64,000 bases of DNA from Escherichia phage HY01: sequence record NC_027349.1. One strand, 5' to 3'. The position numbers and the translations under genes were made by a program. The notes under the pieces were generated by a model. It was given only the letters and a program-made list of their open reading frames with translations, did not search any database and was not told the DNA's origin. Shown in pieces: positions 46,139 through 63,565 of the stretch. How positions within the stretch are numbered: the stretch's first letter is position 1; every line of letters starts with the position of its first letter.

Positions 46139-48121
46139 ATGGCAAATACCCCTGTAAATTATCAATTAACAAGAACAGCAAATGCTATTCCCGAGATATT
46201 CGTCGGGGGTACATTTGCTGAAATAAAACAAAACCTCATTGAATGGCTTAATGGCCAAAATGAATTTTTGGATTATGATTTTGAAGGCTCAAGATTAAAC
46301 GTTCTGTGCGACCTTTTGGCTTATAATACATTATACATTCAGCAGTTTGGTAATGCTGCCTTGTATGAAAGCTTTATGCGTACTGCTAATTTGCGTAGTT
46401 CAGTAGTTCAAGCTGCACAAGATAATGGATATTTACCTACTTCAAAATCAGCTGCTCAAACTGAAATTATGCTAACTTGTACAGATGCATTGAATAGAAA
46501 TTACATTACTATTCCTCGCGGTACTCGCTTTTTAGCATATGCAAAAGATACTTCCGTTAATCCTTACAACTTTGTATCTACCGAAGATGTTATTGCTATT
46601 CGCGATAAAAATAACCAATATTTTCCACGTTTAAAATTAGCCCAGGGGCGTATAGTAAGAACTGAAATCATTTATGATAAATTAACACCTATTATCATTT
46701 ATGACAAAAATATAGATAGAAACCAAGTTAAACTATACGTTGATGGAGCAGAATGGATTAACTGGACAAGAAAGTCAATGGTTCATGCTGGTTCTACATC
46801 AACAATTTACTACATGCGTGAAACTATTGATGGAAATACTGAGTTTTATTTTGGTGAAGGCGAGATTTCTGTTAATGCGGCAGAAGGAGCATTGACTGCT
46901 AATTATATTGGAGGTCTTAAACCTACCCAGAACTCTACGATTGTTATTGAGTACATCAGTACTAACGGTGCAGATGCGAATGGCGCAGTCGGATTTTCAT
47001 ATGCAGATACATTAACAAATATAACTGTCATCAACATTAATGAAAATCCAAACGATGACCCAGATTTTGTTGGGGCAGATGGCGGCGGCGATCCAGAAGA
47101 TATTGAACGTATTCGCGAATTGGGTACTATTAAACGTGAAACCCAGCAACGCTGCGTAACTGCGACTGACTATGATACATTCGTTTCAGAGAGATTTGGT
47201 TCTATTATTCAAGCAGTTCAGACGTTCACTGATTCTACTAAACCTGGTTATGCATTTATTGCTGCTAAACCTAAATCAGGTCTGTATTTAACTACCGTAC
47301 AGCGTGAAGATATTAAAAATTATCTCAAAGACTATAATTTAGCTCCTATTACACCGTCAATTATTTCTCCTAATTATCTTTTTATTAAGACTAATTTAAA
47401 AGTCACATATGCTTTAAATAAGCTGCAAGAATCCGAACAGTGGCTTGAAGGTCAAATAATTGATAAAATTGATCGCTATTATACCGAAGATGTAGAAATT
47501 TTTAACTCATCTTTCGCTAAATCTAAGATGTTGACATATGTAGATGATGCAGATCATTCTATCATTGGCTCATCAGCGACAATTCAAATTGTTCGTGAAG
47601 TACAAAACTTCTATAAAACGCCTGAAGCAGGTATTAAATACAATAATCAAATAAAAGATCGTTCTATGGAATCTAATACGTTTTCATTTAATTCTGGACG
47701 AAAGGTTGTAAATCCTGATACTGGTTTAGAAGAAGATGTATTATATGACGTTCGCATAGTATCAACAGACCGAGATTCTAAAGGAATTGGTAAAGTTATT
47801 ATTGGTCCATTTGCTTCTGGCGATGTTACAGAAAATGAAAACATTCAGCCATATACAGGCAACGATTTTAACAAATTAGCAAATTCTGATGGACGCGACA
47901 AATACTATGTTATCGGTGAAATAAATTATCCAGCTGATGTGATTTATTGGAATATCGCTAAAATTAATTTAACATCTGAAAAATTTGAAGTTCAGACCAT
48001 CGAATTATATTCTGACCCAACCGATGATGTTATCTTTACTCGCGACGGTTCACTGATTGTATTTGAAAATGACTTACGTCCACAATACTTAACTATCGAT
48101 TTGGAGCCTATATCACAATGA
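46139..48121 (+). CDS. 6: Baseplate wedge protein gp6
   Basis: 660 aa as T4 gp6. Confidence 0.93.
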   Translation: MANTPVNYQLTRTANAIPEIFVGGTFAEIKQNLIEWLNGQNEFLDYDFEGSRLNVLCDLLAYNTLYIQQFGNAALYESFMRTANLRSSVVQAAQDNGYLPTSKSAAQTEIMLTCTDALNRNYITIPRGTRFLAYAKDTSVNPYNFVSTEDVIAIRDKNNQYFPRLKLAQGRIVRTEIIYDKLTPIIIYDKNIDRNQVKLYVDGAEWINWTRKSMVHAGSTSTIYYMRETIDGNTEFYFGEGEISVNAAEGALTANYIGGLKPTQNSTIVIEYISTNGADANGAVGFSYADTLTNITVININENPNDDPDFVGADGGGDPEDIERIRELGTIKRETQQRCVTATDYDTFVSERFGSIIQAVQTFTDSTKPGYAFIAAKPKSGLYLTTVQREDIKNYLKDYNLAPITPSIISPNYLFIKTNLKVTYALNKLQESEQWLEGQIIDKIDRYYTEDVEIFNSSFAKSKMLTYVDDADHSIIGSSATIQIVREVQNFYKTPEAGIKYNNQIKDRSMESNTFSFNSGRKVVNPDTGLEEDVLYDVRIVSTDRDSKGIGKVIIGPFASGDVTENENIQPYTGNDFNKLANSDGRDKYYVIGEINYPADVIYWNIAKINLTSEKFEVQTIELYSDPTDDVIFTRDGSLIVFENDLRPQYLTIDLEPISQ

Positions 48122-51100
48122 CAGTAAAAGCACCTTCAGTCACTAGTCTCAGAATTTCCAAGTTATCCGCAAATCAGGTGCAAGTACGCTGGGATGACGT
48201 TGGTGCTAATTTCTACTATTTTGTAGAAATCGCTGAGACAAAAACGAACTCGGGGGAAAATCTCCCGAGTAATCAATACAGATGGATTAACTTAGGATAT
48301 ACTGCAAATAACAGCTTCTTTTTTGATGATGCTGACCCATTGACATCATACATTATCAGAGTAGCTACAGCTGCGCAAGATTTTGAGCAGTCTGATTGGA
48401 TTTATACTGAAGAGTTTGAAACTTTTGCTACAAATGCTTATACATTTCAAAACATGATTGAAATGCAATTAGCCAATAAATTCATTCAGGAAAAATTTAC
48501 TCTTAATAATTCTGATTATGTCAATTTTAATAATGACACTATAATGGCTGCATTGATGAATGAATCTTTTCAATTCAGTCCATCATATGTTGATGTTTCA
48601 TCAATAAGCAATTTTATTATTGGTGAAAATGAGTATCATGAAATACAAGGTTCTATTCAGCAAGTATGTAAGGATATTAACCGAGTTTATTTGATGGAAT
48701 CAGAAGGGATTTTATACCTTTTTGAGCGTTATCAACCTGTAGTTAAAGTATCCAATGATAAAGGACAAACATGGAAAGCTGTAAAGCTCTTCAATGACCG
48801 CGTAGGATATCCTTTATCTAAGACAGTATATTACCAATCTGCGAACACAACATACGTTCTAGGATACGACAAGATTTTCTATGGCCGCAAATCGACTGAT
48901 GTTAGATGGTCAGCTGATGATGTCAGATTTAGTTCTCAGGATATAACATTCGCTAAACTTGGCGACCAATTACATTTAGGATTTGATGTAGAAATTTTTG
49001 CCACTTACGCGACTTTACCAGCGAATGTATATCGCATTGCAGAAGCTATTACTTGCACCGATGATTACATTTACGTTGTCGCCAGAGACAAAGTTAGATA
49101 CATAAAAACGAGCAATGCACCTATAGATTCTGATCCATTATCTCCAACATATTCGGAAAGGCTTTTTGAACCTGATATAATGACTATAACCGGAAATCCT
49201 AAAGCAGTATGCTATAAAATGGATTCTATCGGTGATAAAGTTTTTGCTCTTATTATTGGTGAAGTTGAAACATTAAATGCTAATCCTAGAACATCAAAAA
49301 TAATTGATTCTGCTGATAAAGGAATATATGTTTTAAATCACGACACAAAAACGTGGAAAAGAGTTTTTGGCAACACTGAAGAAGAAAGAAGACGTATTCA
49401 ACCAGGGTACGCGAATATGTCAACTGACGGTAAATTAGTTTCTCTATCATCGAGTAATTTTAAATTTTTAAGTGATAATGTTGTTAATGACCCTGAAACT
49501 GCAGCAAAATATCAGTTAATCGGTGCTGTTAAATATGAATTTCCTCGTGAATGGTTAGCTGATAAGCATTATCATATGATGGCATTTATAGCAGATGAAA
49601 AGTCTGACTGGGAAACTTTTGCTCCTCAGCCGATGAAATACTACGCAGAACCGTTCTTTAACTGGTCTAAAAAATCTAACACACGTTGTTGGATAAACAA
49701 CTCCGATAGGGTTGTAGTAGTTTATGCTGATTTAAAATACACTAAAGTTATAGAAAATATTCCGGAAACATCACCAGATAGATTAGTTCATGAATACTGG
49801 GATGATGGCGATTGTACTATAGTAATGCCAAATGTTAAATTCACTGGATTTAAAAAATATGCATCTGGGATGCTTTTCTATAAAGCCTCTGGCGAAATAA
49901 TTTCTTACTATGATTTTAACTATCGTGTTAGAGACACTGTCGAAATTATTTGGAAGCCAACTGAAGTATTTTTAAAAGCATTTTTACAAAACCAAGAGCA
50001 TGAAACTCCTTGGTCGCCTGAAGAAGAGCGTGGATTAGCTGACCCTGATTTAAGACCATTGATTGGCACAATGATGCCTGATTCTTATTTGTTGCAGGAT
50101 TCGAATTTTGAGGCATTTTGCGAAGCATATATTCAATATCTTTCTGATGGATATGGAACTCAGTATAACAATTTACGAAATTTAATTCGTAACAAATATC
50201 CACGAGAAGAGCATGCGTGGGAGTATTTGTGGTCAGAGATATATAAAAGAAACATTTATTTAAATGCTGACAAACGTGATGCTGTTGCAAGATTTTTCGA
50301 ATCACGTAGCTATGATTTTTATTCTACTAAAGGAATTGAAGCATCATACAAATTTCTTTTTAAAGTTCTTTATAATGAAGAGGTTGAAATTGAAATTGAA
50401 TCTGGGGCTGGTACTGAATATGATATAATCGTTCAATCTGATTCTTTGACTGAAGACTTAGTAGGACAAACGATTTATACAGCTACAGGAAGATGTAATG
50501 TTACTTATATAGAAAGAAGCTATTCTAATGGTAAATTGCAATGGACCGTAACTATTCATAATCTTTTGGGAAGATTGATTGCTGGTCAAGAAGTTAAAGC
50601 AGAAAGACTTCCTAGTTTTGAAGGCGAAATTATTCGTGGGGTTAAAGGAAAGGATTTGCTTCAAAATAATATAGACTATATTAATAGAAGTCGATCATAT
50701 TATGTAATGAAAATTAAATCCAATTTACCTTCTTCCCGCTGGAAATCTGACGTTATTCGTTTTGTTCATCCAGTAGGATTTGGATTTATAGCAATTACCC
50801 TTTTAACGATGTTTATTAATGTTGGTTTAACTCTTAAACATACAGAGACCATAATTAATAAATACAAAAACTATAAATGGGATTCTGGATTGCCTACTGA
50901 ATATGCTGATAGAGTAGCTAAATTGACTCCGACTGGTGAAATTGAGCATGATTCGGTAACAGGCGAAGCAATTTATGAGCCTGGCCCAATGGCTGGTGTA
51001 GAATATCCTCTTCCTGATGACTATAATACTGAAAATAACAATTCAATATTTCAAGGTCAATTGCCTTCTGAACGACGCAAATTAATGAGTCCTCTATTTG

Positions 51101-51216
51101 ACGCATCTGGAACAACGTTTGCGCAATTTAGAGATTTAGTTAATAAACGTCTAAAAGATAATATAGAAAATCCAAGAGACCCTGAAAATCCAACACAGGT
51201 TAAAATAGATGAATGA
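48118..51216 (+). CDS. 7: Baseplate wedge protein gp7
   Basis: 1032 aa as T4 gp7. Confidence 0.93.
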   Translation: MTVKAPSVTSLRISKLSANQVQVRWDDVGANFYYFVEIAETKTNSGENLPSNQYRWINLGYTANNSFFFDDADPLTSYIIRVATAAQDFEQSDWIYTEEFETFATNAYTFQNMIEMQLANKFIQEKFTLNNSDYVNFNNDTIMAALMNESFQFSPSYVDVSSISNFIIGENEYHEIQGSIQQVCKDINRVYLMESEGILYLFERYQPVVKVSNDKGQTWKAVKLFNDRVGYPLSKTVYYQSANTTYVLGYDKIFYGRKSTDVRWSADDVRFSSQDITFAKLGDQLHLGFDVEIFATYATLPANVYRIAEAITCTDDYIYVVARDKVRYIKTSNAPIDSDPLSPTYSERLFEPDIMTITGNPKAVCYKMDSIGDKVFALIIGEVETLNANPRTSKIIDSADKGIYVLNHDTKTWKRVFGNTEEERRRIQPGYANMSTDGKLVSLSSSNFKFLSDNVVNDPETAAKYQLIGAVKYEFPREWLADKHYHMMAFIADEKSDWETFAPQPMKYYAEPFFNWSKKSNTRCWINNSDRVVVVYADLKYTKVIENIPETSPDRLVHEYWDDGDCTIVMPNVKFTGFKKYASGMLFYKASGEIISYYDFNYRVRDTVEIIWKPTEVFLKAFLQNQEHETPWSPEEERGLADPDLRPLIGTMMPDSYLLQDSNFEAFCEAYIQYLSDGYGTQYNNLRNLIRNKYPREEHAWEYLWSEIYKRNIYLNADKRDAVARFFESRSYDFYSTKGIEASYKFLFKVLYNEEVEIEIESGAGTEYDIIVQSDSLTEDLVGQTIYTATGRCNVTYIERSYSNGKLQWTVTIHNLLGRLIAGQEVKAERLPSFEGEIIRGVKGKDLLQNNIDYINRSRSYYVMKIKSNLPSSRWKSDVIRFVHPVGFGFIAITLLTMFINVGLTLKHTETIINKYKNYKWDSGLPTEYADRVAKLTPTGEIEHDSVTGEAIYEPGPMAGVEYPLPDDYNTENNNSIFQGQLPSERRKLMSPLFDASGTTFAQFRDLVNKRLKDNIENPRDPENPTQVKIDE

Positions 51217-52213
51217 TTCAAGTGTTATCTATCGTGCGATAGTTACTTCAAAATTTAGAACAGAAAAAATGTTGAATTTTTATAATTCAATTGGAAGTGG
51301 TCCGGATAAAAACACTATCTTTATCACATTTGGAAGATCAGAACCGTGGTCATCAAATGAAAATGAGGTGGGCTTTGCTCCACCTTATCCAACTGATTCT
51401 GTATTGGGTGTAACTGACATGTGGACTCATATGATGGGAACCGTAAAGGTTCTTCCATCTATGCTTGATGCGGTTATTCCTCGTAGAGATTGGGGAGATA
51501 CTAGATATCCGGATCCATACACATTTAGAATTAACGATATTGTGGTGTGTAACTCAGCTCCTTACAATGCTACTGAATCAGGCGCAGGCTGGTTAGTATA
51601 TCGTTGTTTAGATGTTCCTGATACCGGAACGTGTTCAATAGCATCTTTAACTAATAAGGATGAATGTCTTAAGTTAGGTGGAAAATGGACTCCTTCTGTT
51701 AGGTCAATGACTCCTCCTGAAGGTCGAGGAGACGCTGAAGGAACAATCGAACCCGGCGACGGTTATGTTTGGGAATATCTTTTTGAGATTCCGCCTGATG
51801 TATCTATAAATAGATGCACGAATGAATATATCGTAGTTCCTTGGCCTGAGGAATTAAAAGAAGACCCTGCTAGATGGGGGTATGAAGATAATCTCACTTG
51901 GCAACAAGATGATTTTGGATTAATTTACCGTGTTAAGGCAAATACTATCCGTTTTAAAGCATATTTAGATTCAGTTTACTTTCCTGATGCTGCATTACCG
52001 GGAAATAAAGGATTTAGACAAATATCAATAATCACCAATCCTCTTGAAGCTAAAGTTCATCCAAATGACCCAAACGTTAAAGCTGAAAAGGATTATTATG
52101 ATCCGGAAGATTTAATGAGGCATTCGGGCGAAATGATTTATATGGAAAATAGGCCACCTATTATCATGGCAATGGATCAAACAGAAGAAATCAATATTCT
52201 GTTTACATTTTAA
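51209..52213 (+). CDS. 8: Baseplate wedge protein gp8
   Basis: 334 aa as T4 gp8. Confidence 0.93.
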   Translation: MNDSSVIYRAIVTSKFRTEKMLNFYNSIGSGPDKNTIFITFGRSEPWSSNENEVGFAPPYPTDSVLGVTDMWTHMMGTVKVLPSMLDAVIPRRDWGDTRYPDPYTFRINDIVVCNSAPYNATESGAGWLVYRCLDVPDTGTCSIASLTNKDECLKLGGKWTPSVRSMTPPEGRGDAEGTIEPGDGYVWEYLFEIPPDVSINRCTNEYIVVPWPEELKEDPARWGYEDNLTWQQDDFGLIYRVKANTIRFKAYLDSVYFPDAALPGNKGFRQISIITNPLEAKVHPNDPNVKAEKDYYDPEDLMRHSGEMIYMENRPPIIMAMDQTEEINILFTF

Positions 52214-52218
52214 ATTAA

Positions 52219-52241
52219 GGGAGCCCATGGGCTCCCTTTTT
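52219..52241 (+). terminator. Hairpin GGGAGCCC-ATGGGCTCCC plus T5 after gene 8
   Basis: Perfect palindrome followed by TTTTT. Confidence 0.55.
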
Positions 52242-52244
52242 CTT

Positions 52245-52252
52245 TATAAATA
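52245..52252 (+). promoter_or_regulatory. Late promoter box TATAAATA for gene 9
   Basis: Exact TATAAATA about 25 nt upstream of the ATG at 52277; RBS AAGGAAA. Confidence 0.55.
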
Positions 52253-52276
52253 CTATAAACTCATAAGGAAACCGCT

Positions 52277-53143
52277 ATGTTCATTCAAGAACCAAAGAAA
52301 TTGATTGATACCGGCGAAATTGGTAACGCTTCTACTGGTGATATCTTATTCGACGGTGGTAATAAAATTAATAGTGATTTTAACGCAATTTATAATGCGT
52401 TTGGCGATCAGCGTAAAATGGCAGTAGCAAATGGCACTGGAGCAGATGGCCAAATTATTCATGCTACTGGATATTATCAAAAACACTCTATTGCAGAGTA
52501 CGCAACTCCAGTAAAAGTTGGCACTAGGCATGATATTGATACCTCTACTGTAGGTGTTAAAGTTATCATTGAAAGAGGCGAACTTGGTGACTGCGTTGAA
52601 TTTATTAACTCAAATGGATCTATATCAGTTACTAATCCTTTAACGATTCAAGCGATTGATTCAATAAAAGGTGTTTCAGGTAATTTAGTAGTAACTAGTC
52701 CATATAGTAAAGTAACTTTACGCTGTATTTCATCTGATAATTCTACGTCTGTTTGGAATTATTCTATTGAAAGTATGTTTGGACAAAAGGAATCACCAGC
52801 TGAAGGTACATGGAATATTTCTACATCCGGGTCAGTTGATATTCCACTATTTCATCGTACTGAATACAATATGGCTAAATTGCTAGTTACATGCCAATCG
52901 GTAGATGGAAGAAAAATTAAAACAGCAGAAATAAATATTCTTGTAGATACTGTTAATTCAGAGGTAATTTCTTCTGAATATGCTGTCATGCGGGTTGGAA
53001 ATGAAACCGAAGAAGACGAAATCGCTAATATTGCATTTAGTATTAAAACAAATTATGTAACAGCGACTGTAAGTTCTTCTATTGTTGGCATGAGAGCGGC
53101 AGTTAAAGTTATCGCTACGCAGAAAATCGGGGTGGCTCAATAA
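52277..53143 (+). CDS. 9: Baseplate protein gp9 (long tail fibre socket)
   Basis: 288 aa as T4 gp9. Confidence 0.92.
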   Translation: MFIQEPKKLIDTGEIGNASTGDILFDGGNKINSDFNAIYNAFGDQRKMAVANGTGADGQIIHATGYYQKHSIAEYATPVKVGTRHDIDTSTVGVKVIIERGELGDCVEFINSNGSISVTNPLTIQAIDSIKGVSGNLVVTSPYSKVTLRCISSDNSTSVWNYSIESMFGQKESPAEGTWNISTSGSVDIPLFHRTEYNMAKLLVTCQSVDGRKIKTAEINILVDTVNSEVISSEYAVMRVGNETEEDEIANIAFSIKTNYVTATVSSSIVGMRAAVKVIATQKIGVAQ

Positions 53144-54948
53144 TGAAACAAAATATTAATATCGGTAATGTTGTAGATGATGGTACCGGTGACTACCTGC
53201 GTAAAGGTGGTATAAAAATAAATGAAAACTTTGATGAGCTTTATTATGAACTCGGTGATGGTGATGTTCCATATTCAGCCGGTGCCTGGAAAACTTATAA
53301 CGCTTCATCTGGGCAAACATTAACAGCAGAATGGGGAAAATCATACGCTATTAATACTTCGTCTGGGAGAGTAACACTACAACTTCCTAAAGGAACTGTT
53401 AATGATTATAATAAAGTAATTAGAGCCAGGGATGTATTTGCAACATGGAACATTAATCCAGTTACACTAGTAGCTGCTTCTGGCGATACAATTAAAGGGT
53501 CGTCATCATCGGTTGAAATTAATATTCAATTTAGTGATTTGGAGCTAGTTTATTGTGCTCCAGGACGTTGGGAATATGTCAAAAATAAGCAAATTGACAA
53601 AATTACCAGTTCAGACATTAGTAATGTAGCTCGTAAAGAATTTTTAGTTGAAGTTCAAGGACAAACTGACTTTTTAGATATTTTCCATGGAACTAGTTAT
53701 AATGTCAATAACATCAGAGTAAAACATCGTGGTAACGAATTGTATTACGGCGATGTATTTAGCGAAAACAGTGACTTTGGTTCTCCAGGGGAAAATGAAG
53801 GAGAATTAATTCCTCTCGATGGATTTAATATTAGGCTAAGACAGCCTTGTAATATTGGTGATACTGTTCAAATTGAAACATTTATGGATGGTGTATCACA
53901 ATGGAGAAGTTCATATACAAGACGCCAAATAAAAGTACTAGATTCAAAACTAACATCAAAGACTTCTTTAGAAGGAAGCATTTATGTTACTGATTTATCG
54001 GCGATGAAATCAATTCCATTTTCTGCATTTGGATTAATTCCTGGTGAACCCATTAATCCTAACTCTCTTGAGGTTCGTTTTAATGGAATTTTACAGCAGC
54101 AGGCTGGAACAGCTGGATATCCTCTGTTTTTGTGTGAAGGCGCTAGTTCAGATACACAAGAAGGATGTATATCTCTTGGTGGCGAATGGAAAGAATCAAA
54201 CACAGATTATTCTATAGAATATGAAGATGGAAAACCTACCAGTCTTTTATTTGATAGAAAATTTGAATCAGGTGACATTATCGTTATAACATGGTTCAAT
54301 AACGATTTAGGAACTCTTTTAGAAAAAGATGACATTATTGAATTGACTGATGACCGCTATGTTAGCAAAGGATCATCTACTGAAGTTACTGGTGATGTGG
54401 CCTTAACAGATTTCGATAAAATCGGTTGGCCAAATGTTGAAAAAGTTGATTCTTATACTAGAACGTATAATTCAATATCATCTATTTTCGATAGCATTTA
54501 TCCTGTAGGTTCAATTTATGAAAATGCTATAAATCCAAATAATCCGGTGACTTATATGGGATTTGGTTCATGGAAATTATTTGGTAAAGGACAAGTTTTA
54601 GTAGGATGGAATGATGATGTTACGGATCCAAACTTTGCTTTAAACAATAATGATTTAGATTCTAGTGGAAATCCTTCACATACTGCCGGTGGAACGGTTG
54701 GAACAACATCAGTAACGCTTGAAAACGCAAATCTTCCTGCAACTAAAACCGACGAAAGAGTTTTAATTGAAGACGAAAATGGATCGGTTATTATTGGAGG
54801 TTGCCAATATGACCCAGATGAAACTGGTCCTATATATACAAAATACCGTGAAGATTACGCAACAACAAACTCTTCACATACTCCTCCTGCTAATATTAGT
54901 AATATTCAACCGTCTATTACTGTATACCGTTGGATAAGGATTGCATAA
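53143..54948 (+). CDS. 10: Baseplate wedge protein gp10
   Basis: 601 aa (T4 gp10 is 602). Confidence 0.92.
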   Translation: MKQNINIGNVVDDGTGDYLRKGGIKINENFDELYYELGDGDVPYSAGAWKTYNASSGQTLTAEWGKSYAINTSSGRVTLQLPKGTVNDYNKVIRARDVFATWNINPVTLVAASGDTIKGSSSSVEINIQFSDLELVYCAPGRWEYVKNKQIDKITSSDISNVARKEFLVEVQGQTDFLDIFHGTSYNVNNIRVKHRGNELYYGDVFSENSDFGSPGENEGELIPLDGFNIRLRQPCNIGDTVQIETFMDGVSQWRSSYTRRQIKVLDSKLTSKTSLEGSIYVTDLSAMKSIPFSAFGLIPGEPINPNSLEVRFNGILQQQAGTAGYPLFLCEGASSDTQEGCISLGGEWKESNTDYSIEYEDGKPTSLLFDRKFESGDIIVITWFNNDLGTLLEKDDIIELTDDRYVSKGSSTEVTGDVALTDFDKIGWPNVEKVDSYTRTYNSISSIFDSIYPVGSIYENAINPNNPVTYMGFGSWKLFGKGQVLVGWNDDVTDPNFALNNNDLDSSGNPSHTAGGTVGTTSVTLENANLPATKTDERVLIEDENGSVIIGGCQYDPDETGPIYTKYREDYATTNSSHTPPANISNIQPSITVYRWIRIA

Positions 54949-55607
54949 TGAGTTTACTTAATAATAAAGCGGGAGTTATTTCCCGCTTAGCAGATTTTCT
55001 TGGTTTTAGAACTAAGAAAAATGATATTTCGGTTATGAATAATCAGCCAGTAGGCGCTGTAACAATTTCACAAATAGCAAAGGGTTTTTATGACCCAAAT
55101 GTAGAATCTGCTATCAATGATGTTAGAAATATGGCAGAGCAACAAGTTGGAGCTGTATTAGTTAATATAAGCGGCGTATCTCCTACTGGCGTGCAGCAAA
55201 CAGACTATTGGTCATTTGACGGAACTGTTACTGATACTTCAGCTAAACCGGGTGACCCAGTTATTGTTAACATGTTTGGCATTCCTGTTAAAGCTACTAA
55301 CGGAATGACTTCAATCGAATTTACCAGTGCCGTTAGAACAGCTCTACAGGAAATGGTTGCAAAATTTATTGCAATTGATTCATTTGAAGACCATCCTACC
55401 ATAGGAAATAAAATACAAGTTAAGTATTTAGATAACCAAGAACATATCTTAGAACAATACTCTGATAAAGGAATTACTTTCAAACAGGAAATAATTTCTC
55501 CTTCTAAACCTGGATACGGAACTTGGCAATTATTAGGTGCGCAAACTGTCACGCTAGATAGTCACACACAACCTACAGTATTTTATTATTTTGAGAGAAT
55601 AGCATGA
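54948..55607 (+). CDS. 11: Baseplate protein gp11 (short tail fibre attachment)
   Basis: Start at Met overlapping the gp10 stop (TAATG) gives 219 aa as in T4 gp11; track ORF begins 18 nt earlier. Confidence 0.9.
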   Translation: MSLLNNKAGVISRLADFLGFRTKKNDISVMNNQPVGAVTISQIAKGFYDPNVESAINDVRNMAEQQVGAVLVNISGVSPTGVQQTDYWSFDGTVTDTSAKPGDPVIVNMFGIPVKATNGMTSIEFTSAVRTALQEMVAKFIAIDSFEDHPTIGNKIQVKYLDNQEHILEQYSDKGITFKQEIISPSKPGYGTWQLLGAQTVTLDSHTQPTVFYYFERIA

Positions 55608-57154
55608 GTAACAATACATATCAGCACGTATCAAATGAATCAAAATATGTTAAATTCGATCCTACTGGATCGAATTTTCCTGACACTGTCACGACAGTGC
55701 AGTCTGCATTATCAAAAATAAGTAATATCGGCGTAAATGGTATTCCTGATGCAACTATGGAAGTTAAAGGAATAGCAATGATTGCGTCAGAGCAAGAGGT
55801 TTTAGATGGAACTAATAATTCTAAAATCGTTACACCAGCTACATTAGCAACAAGATTATTGTATCCAAATGCTACTGAAACTAAGTATGGTTTAACGCGC
55901 TATTCAACAAATGAAGAAACATTAGAAGGCTCAGATAATAATTCATCAATAACGCCGCAAAAACTGAAATACCATACTGACGATGTGTTCCAAAATAGAT
56001 ATTCGTCTGAGTCATCAAACGGGGTTATTAAAATATCATCTACACCTGCAGCTTTAGCTGGAGTTGATGATACTACGGCAATGACTCCATTAAAAACGCA
56101 AAAACTTGCAATAAAATTAATTTCACAAATAGCTCCTTCCGAAGATACTGCATCAGAATCTGTGAGAGGTGTAGTTCAATTATCTACTGTTGCGCAAACT
56201 CGTCAAGGAACTCTCCGCGAAGGATATGCAATTTCTCCGTATACCTTTATGAATTCTGTTGCAACACAAGAATATAAGGGTGTTATACGTTTAGGAACAC
56301 AATCGGAAATTAACAGTAATTTGGGAGATGTTGCAGTAACGGGTGAAACACTAAATGGTCGAGGAGCTACTGGTTCTATGCGTGGAGTAGTTAAATTAAC
56401 GACGCAAGCCGGTATTGCCCCTGAAGGTGATAGCTCTGGTGCATTAGCATGGAACGCAGATGTAATTAATACTCGTGGTGGACAAACTATTAATGGTTCT
56501 TTAAATTTAGACCATCTTACAGCAAACGGAATTTGGTCGCGCGGCGGAATGTGGAAAAATGGCGATCAACCTGTTGCCACTGAAAGATATGCGTCCGAAA
56601 GGGTTCCAGTCGGAACTATTATGATGTTTGCGGGAGATTCGGCACCTCCGGGTTGGATTATGTGCCACGGTGGAACAGTGTCAGGAGATCAATATCCTGA
56701 TTATAGAAACACAGTTGGAACAAGATTTGGTGGTGATTGGAATAACCCTGGCATTCCTGATATGCGAGGTCTTTTCGTCAGAGGAGCTGGCACGGGAGGT
56801 CATATTTTAAATCAACGAGGACAAGATGGCTATGGGAAGGATAGACTTGGTGTAGGATGTGACGGAATGCATGTTGGTGGTGTTCAGGCACAACAAATGT
56901 CATACCATAAACATGCTGGTGGTTGGGGAGAATACCAAAGACATGAAGCTCCATTTGGCGCGTCCGTTTATCAAGGATATCTTGGAACTAGAAAATATGC
57001 CGACTGGGATAATGCTTCATACTTCACTAATGATGGATTTGAATTGGGTGGACCGAGAGATGCCCTTGGTACACTTAATCGTGAAGGATTAATTGGTTAT
57101 GAAACTAGACCATGGAATATATCATTAAACTATATTATTAAAATTCATTACTAA
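55604..57154 (+). CDS. 12: Short tail fibre protein gp12
   Basis: 516 aa; position after gene 11. Confidence 0.9.
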   Translation: MSNNTYQHVSNESKYVKFDPTGSNFPDTVTTVQSALSKISNIGVNGIPDATMEVKGIAMIASEQEVLDGTNNSKIVTPATLATRLLYPNATETKYGLTRYSTNEETLEGSDNNSSITPQKLKYHTDDVFQNRYSSESSNGVIKISSTPAALAGVDDTTAMTPLKTQKLAIKLISQIAPSEDTASESVRGVVQLSTVAQTRQGTLREGYAISPYTFMNSVATQEYKGVIRLGTQSEINSNLGDVAVTGETLNGRGATGSMRGVVKLTTQAGIAPEGDSSGALAWNADVINTRGGQTINGSLNLDHLTANGIWSRGGMWKNGDQPVATERYASERVPVGTIMMFAGDSAPPGWIMCHGGTVSGDQYPDYRNTVGTRFGGDWNNPGIPDMRGLFVRGAGTGGHILNQRGQDGYGKDRLGVGCDGMHVGGVQAQQMSYHKHAGGWGEYQRHEAPFGASVYQGYLGTRKYADWDNASYFTNDGFELGGPRDALGTLNREGLIGYETRPWNISLNYIIKIHY

Positions 57155-57163
57155 GGATTACAA

Positions 57164-58621
57164 ATGATTGAATTAAAAGAGTTACCTTTTGTTGATAGCG
57201 TTCCTGGCGAAGGTCAGGAACGTATTTCATGGATTAAAAATGGTGAAGAAATATTAGGAGCTAGTACTAAGTATGGAAACGATGGGTCAATGAATAGACC
57301 AACTGTTTCCGTGTTTAAAAATGTCGAGGTTCTCGACGAAAATGTAGGAATTCTTAAAACTGCCATTGAAACGTCTCAGGAAGATATTAAAACCATTCAA
57401 GGCATTTTAGATGTATCAGGAGATATAGAAGCGCTATCACAGATCAGCATTAATAAAAATGATATATCAAATTTAAAGACACTCACGAATGAACACACTG
57501 ATATATTAAATGGTACAAATACCACGGTTGACAATATTCTTTCTGATATTGGTCCATTTAATTCGCAAGCAAATTCAGTTTATAGAACGATTAGAAATGA
57601 TTTGTTATGGATTAAAAGGGAATTAGGACAATATGCTGGACAAGACATTAATGGTCTTCCTGTTGTAGGAAATAGCAGCACGGGGATGAAGCACCGTATC
57701 ATTAATAATACAGATGCTATAACTTCCCAAGGAATACGTCTAAGCGATTTGGAAGAAAAATTTATTGAATCTGATGTAGGTTCACTGACAATTGAAGTCG
57801 GAAATCTTAGACAAGAACTTGGACAAAGACCATCTTCATTCAGTGAAAGCATATATTCACGTGTTCATAATTTAGATCAATCGCAGATTAATCTTAGTTC
57901 CGAAATTAAATCTATCAAAACTTCTATTGGATATCCAGGAAATACTTCAATAATCACAGATGTTAACACTAATACACGAGAAATTTCAGCTTTAAATGAT
58001 GAACTAAATAAAAGCGGAGGTATTAAACAACGATTGACTGTCATTGAAACATCAATTGGCTCAGATGATATTCCTTCTAGTATTAAAGGTCAAATTAAAG
58101 ATAATACCACATCAATTGAGTTTTTAAATGGAATTGTTGGTGAAAACACTTCATCTGGACTACGAGCAAACGTTTCATGGCTAAACCAAATCGTTGGAAC
58201 TGATTCTAGTGGAGGTCAGCCTTCTCCTCCTGGGTCTCTTTTAAATAGAGTTTCAACAGTTGAAACTTCAGTTAATAGACTGAACAATGATGTTCAAAAC
58301 TTACAAGTTGAAATTGGTAATAACACTACTGGAATTAAAGGCCAAGTTGTTGCATTAAATAAACTAGTAAGCGGCACAAATCCAAATGGTTCAACAGTAG
58401 AAGAACGCGGATTAACTAATTCAATAAAAGCTAATGAAACTAACATTTCTTCTATTAATCAAGAAATGCGTAGTATTAAAAGTAATGTATCTTCATTACA
58501 GGGGGATGTTCAGACTTTACAGGAAGCAGGTTATATTCCTGAAGCTCCAAAAGATGGTCAAGCTTACGTTCGTAAAGACGGCGAATGGGTATTACTTTCT
58601 ACCTTTTTATCACCAGCATAA
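57164..58621 (+). CDS. wac: Fibritin (whisker antigen control, Wac)
   Basis: 485 aa coiled-coil protein; C-terminal foldon-like [27 protein letters not shown]. Confidence 0.9.
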   Translation: MIELKELPFVDSVPGEGQERISWIKNGEEILGASTKYGNDGSMNRPTVSVFKNVEVLDENVGILKTAIETSQEDIKTIQGILDVSGDIEALSQISINKNDISNLKTLTNEHTDILNGTNTTVDNILSDIGPFNSQANSVYRTIRNDLLWIKRELGQYAGQDINGLPVVGNSSTGMKHRIINNTDAITSQGIRLSDLEEKFIESDVGSLTIEVGNLRQELGQRPSSFSESIYSRVHNLDQSQINLSSEIKSIKTSIGYPGNTSIITDVNTNTREISALNDELNKSGGIKQRLTVIETSIGSDDIPSSIKGQIKDNTTSIEFLNGIVGENTSSGLRANVSWLNQIVGTDSSGGQPSPPGSLLNRVSTVETSVNRLNNDVQNLQVEIGNNTTGIKGQVVALNKLVSGTNPNGSTVEERGLTNSIKANETNISSINQEMRSIKSNVSSLQGDVQTLQEAGYIPEAPKDGQAYVRKDGEWVLLSTFLSPA

Positions 58622-58624
58622 CAT

Positions 58625-58640
58625 GGGGCCGCAAGGCCCC
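58625..58640 (+). terminator. Hairpin GGGGCC-GCAA-GGCCCC after wac
   Basis: Perfect inverted repeat between wac and gene 13. Confidence 0.5.
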
Positions 58641-58653
58641 AAAGGATTTTTAA

Positions 58654-60355
<1,702 letters not shown>

Positions 60356-60396
60356 TAAATATTATAAACTAATTAAAGCCCAGATTAGGAGAAATC

Positions 60397-63537
<3,141 letters not shown>

Positions 63538-63565
63538 TATTAAAGCATATTAAAGAGGATTAAAA

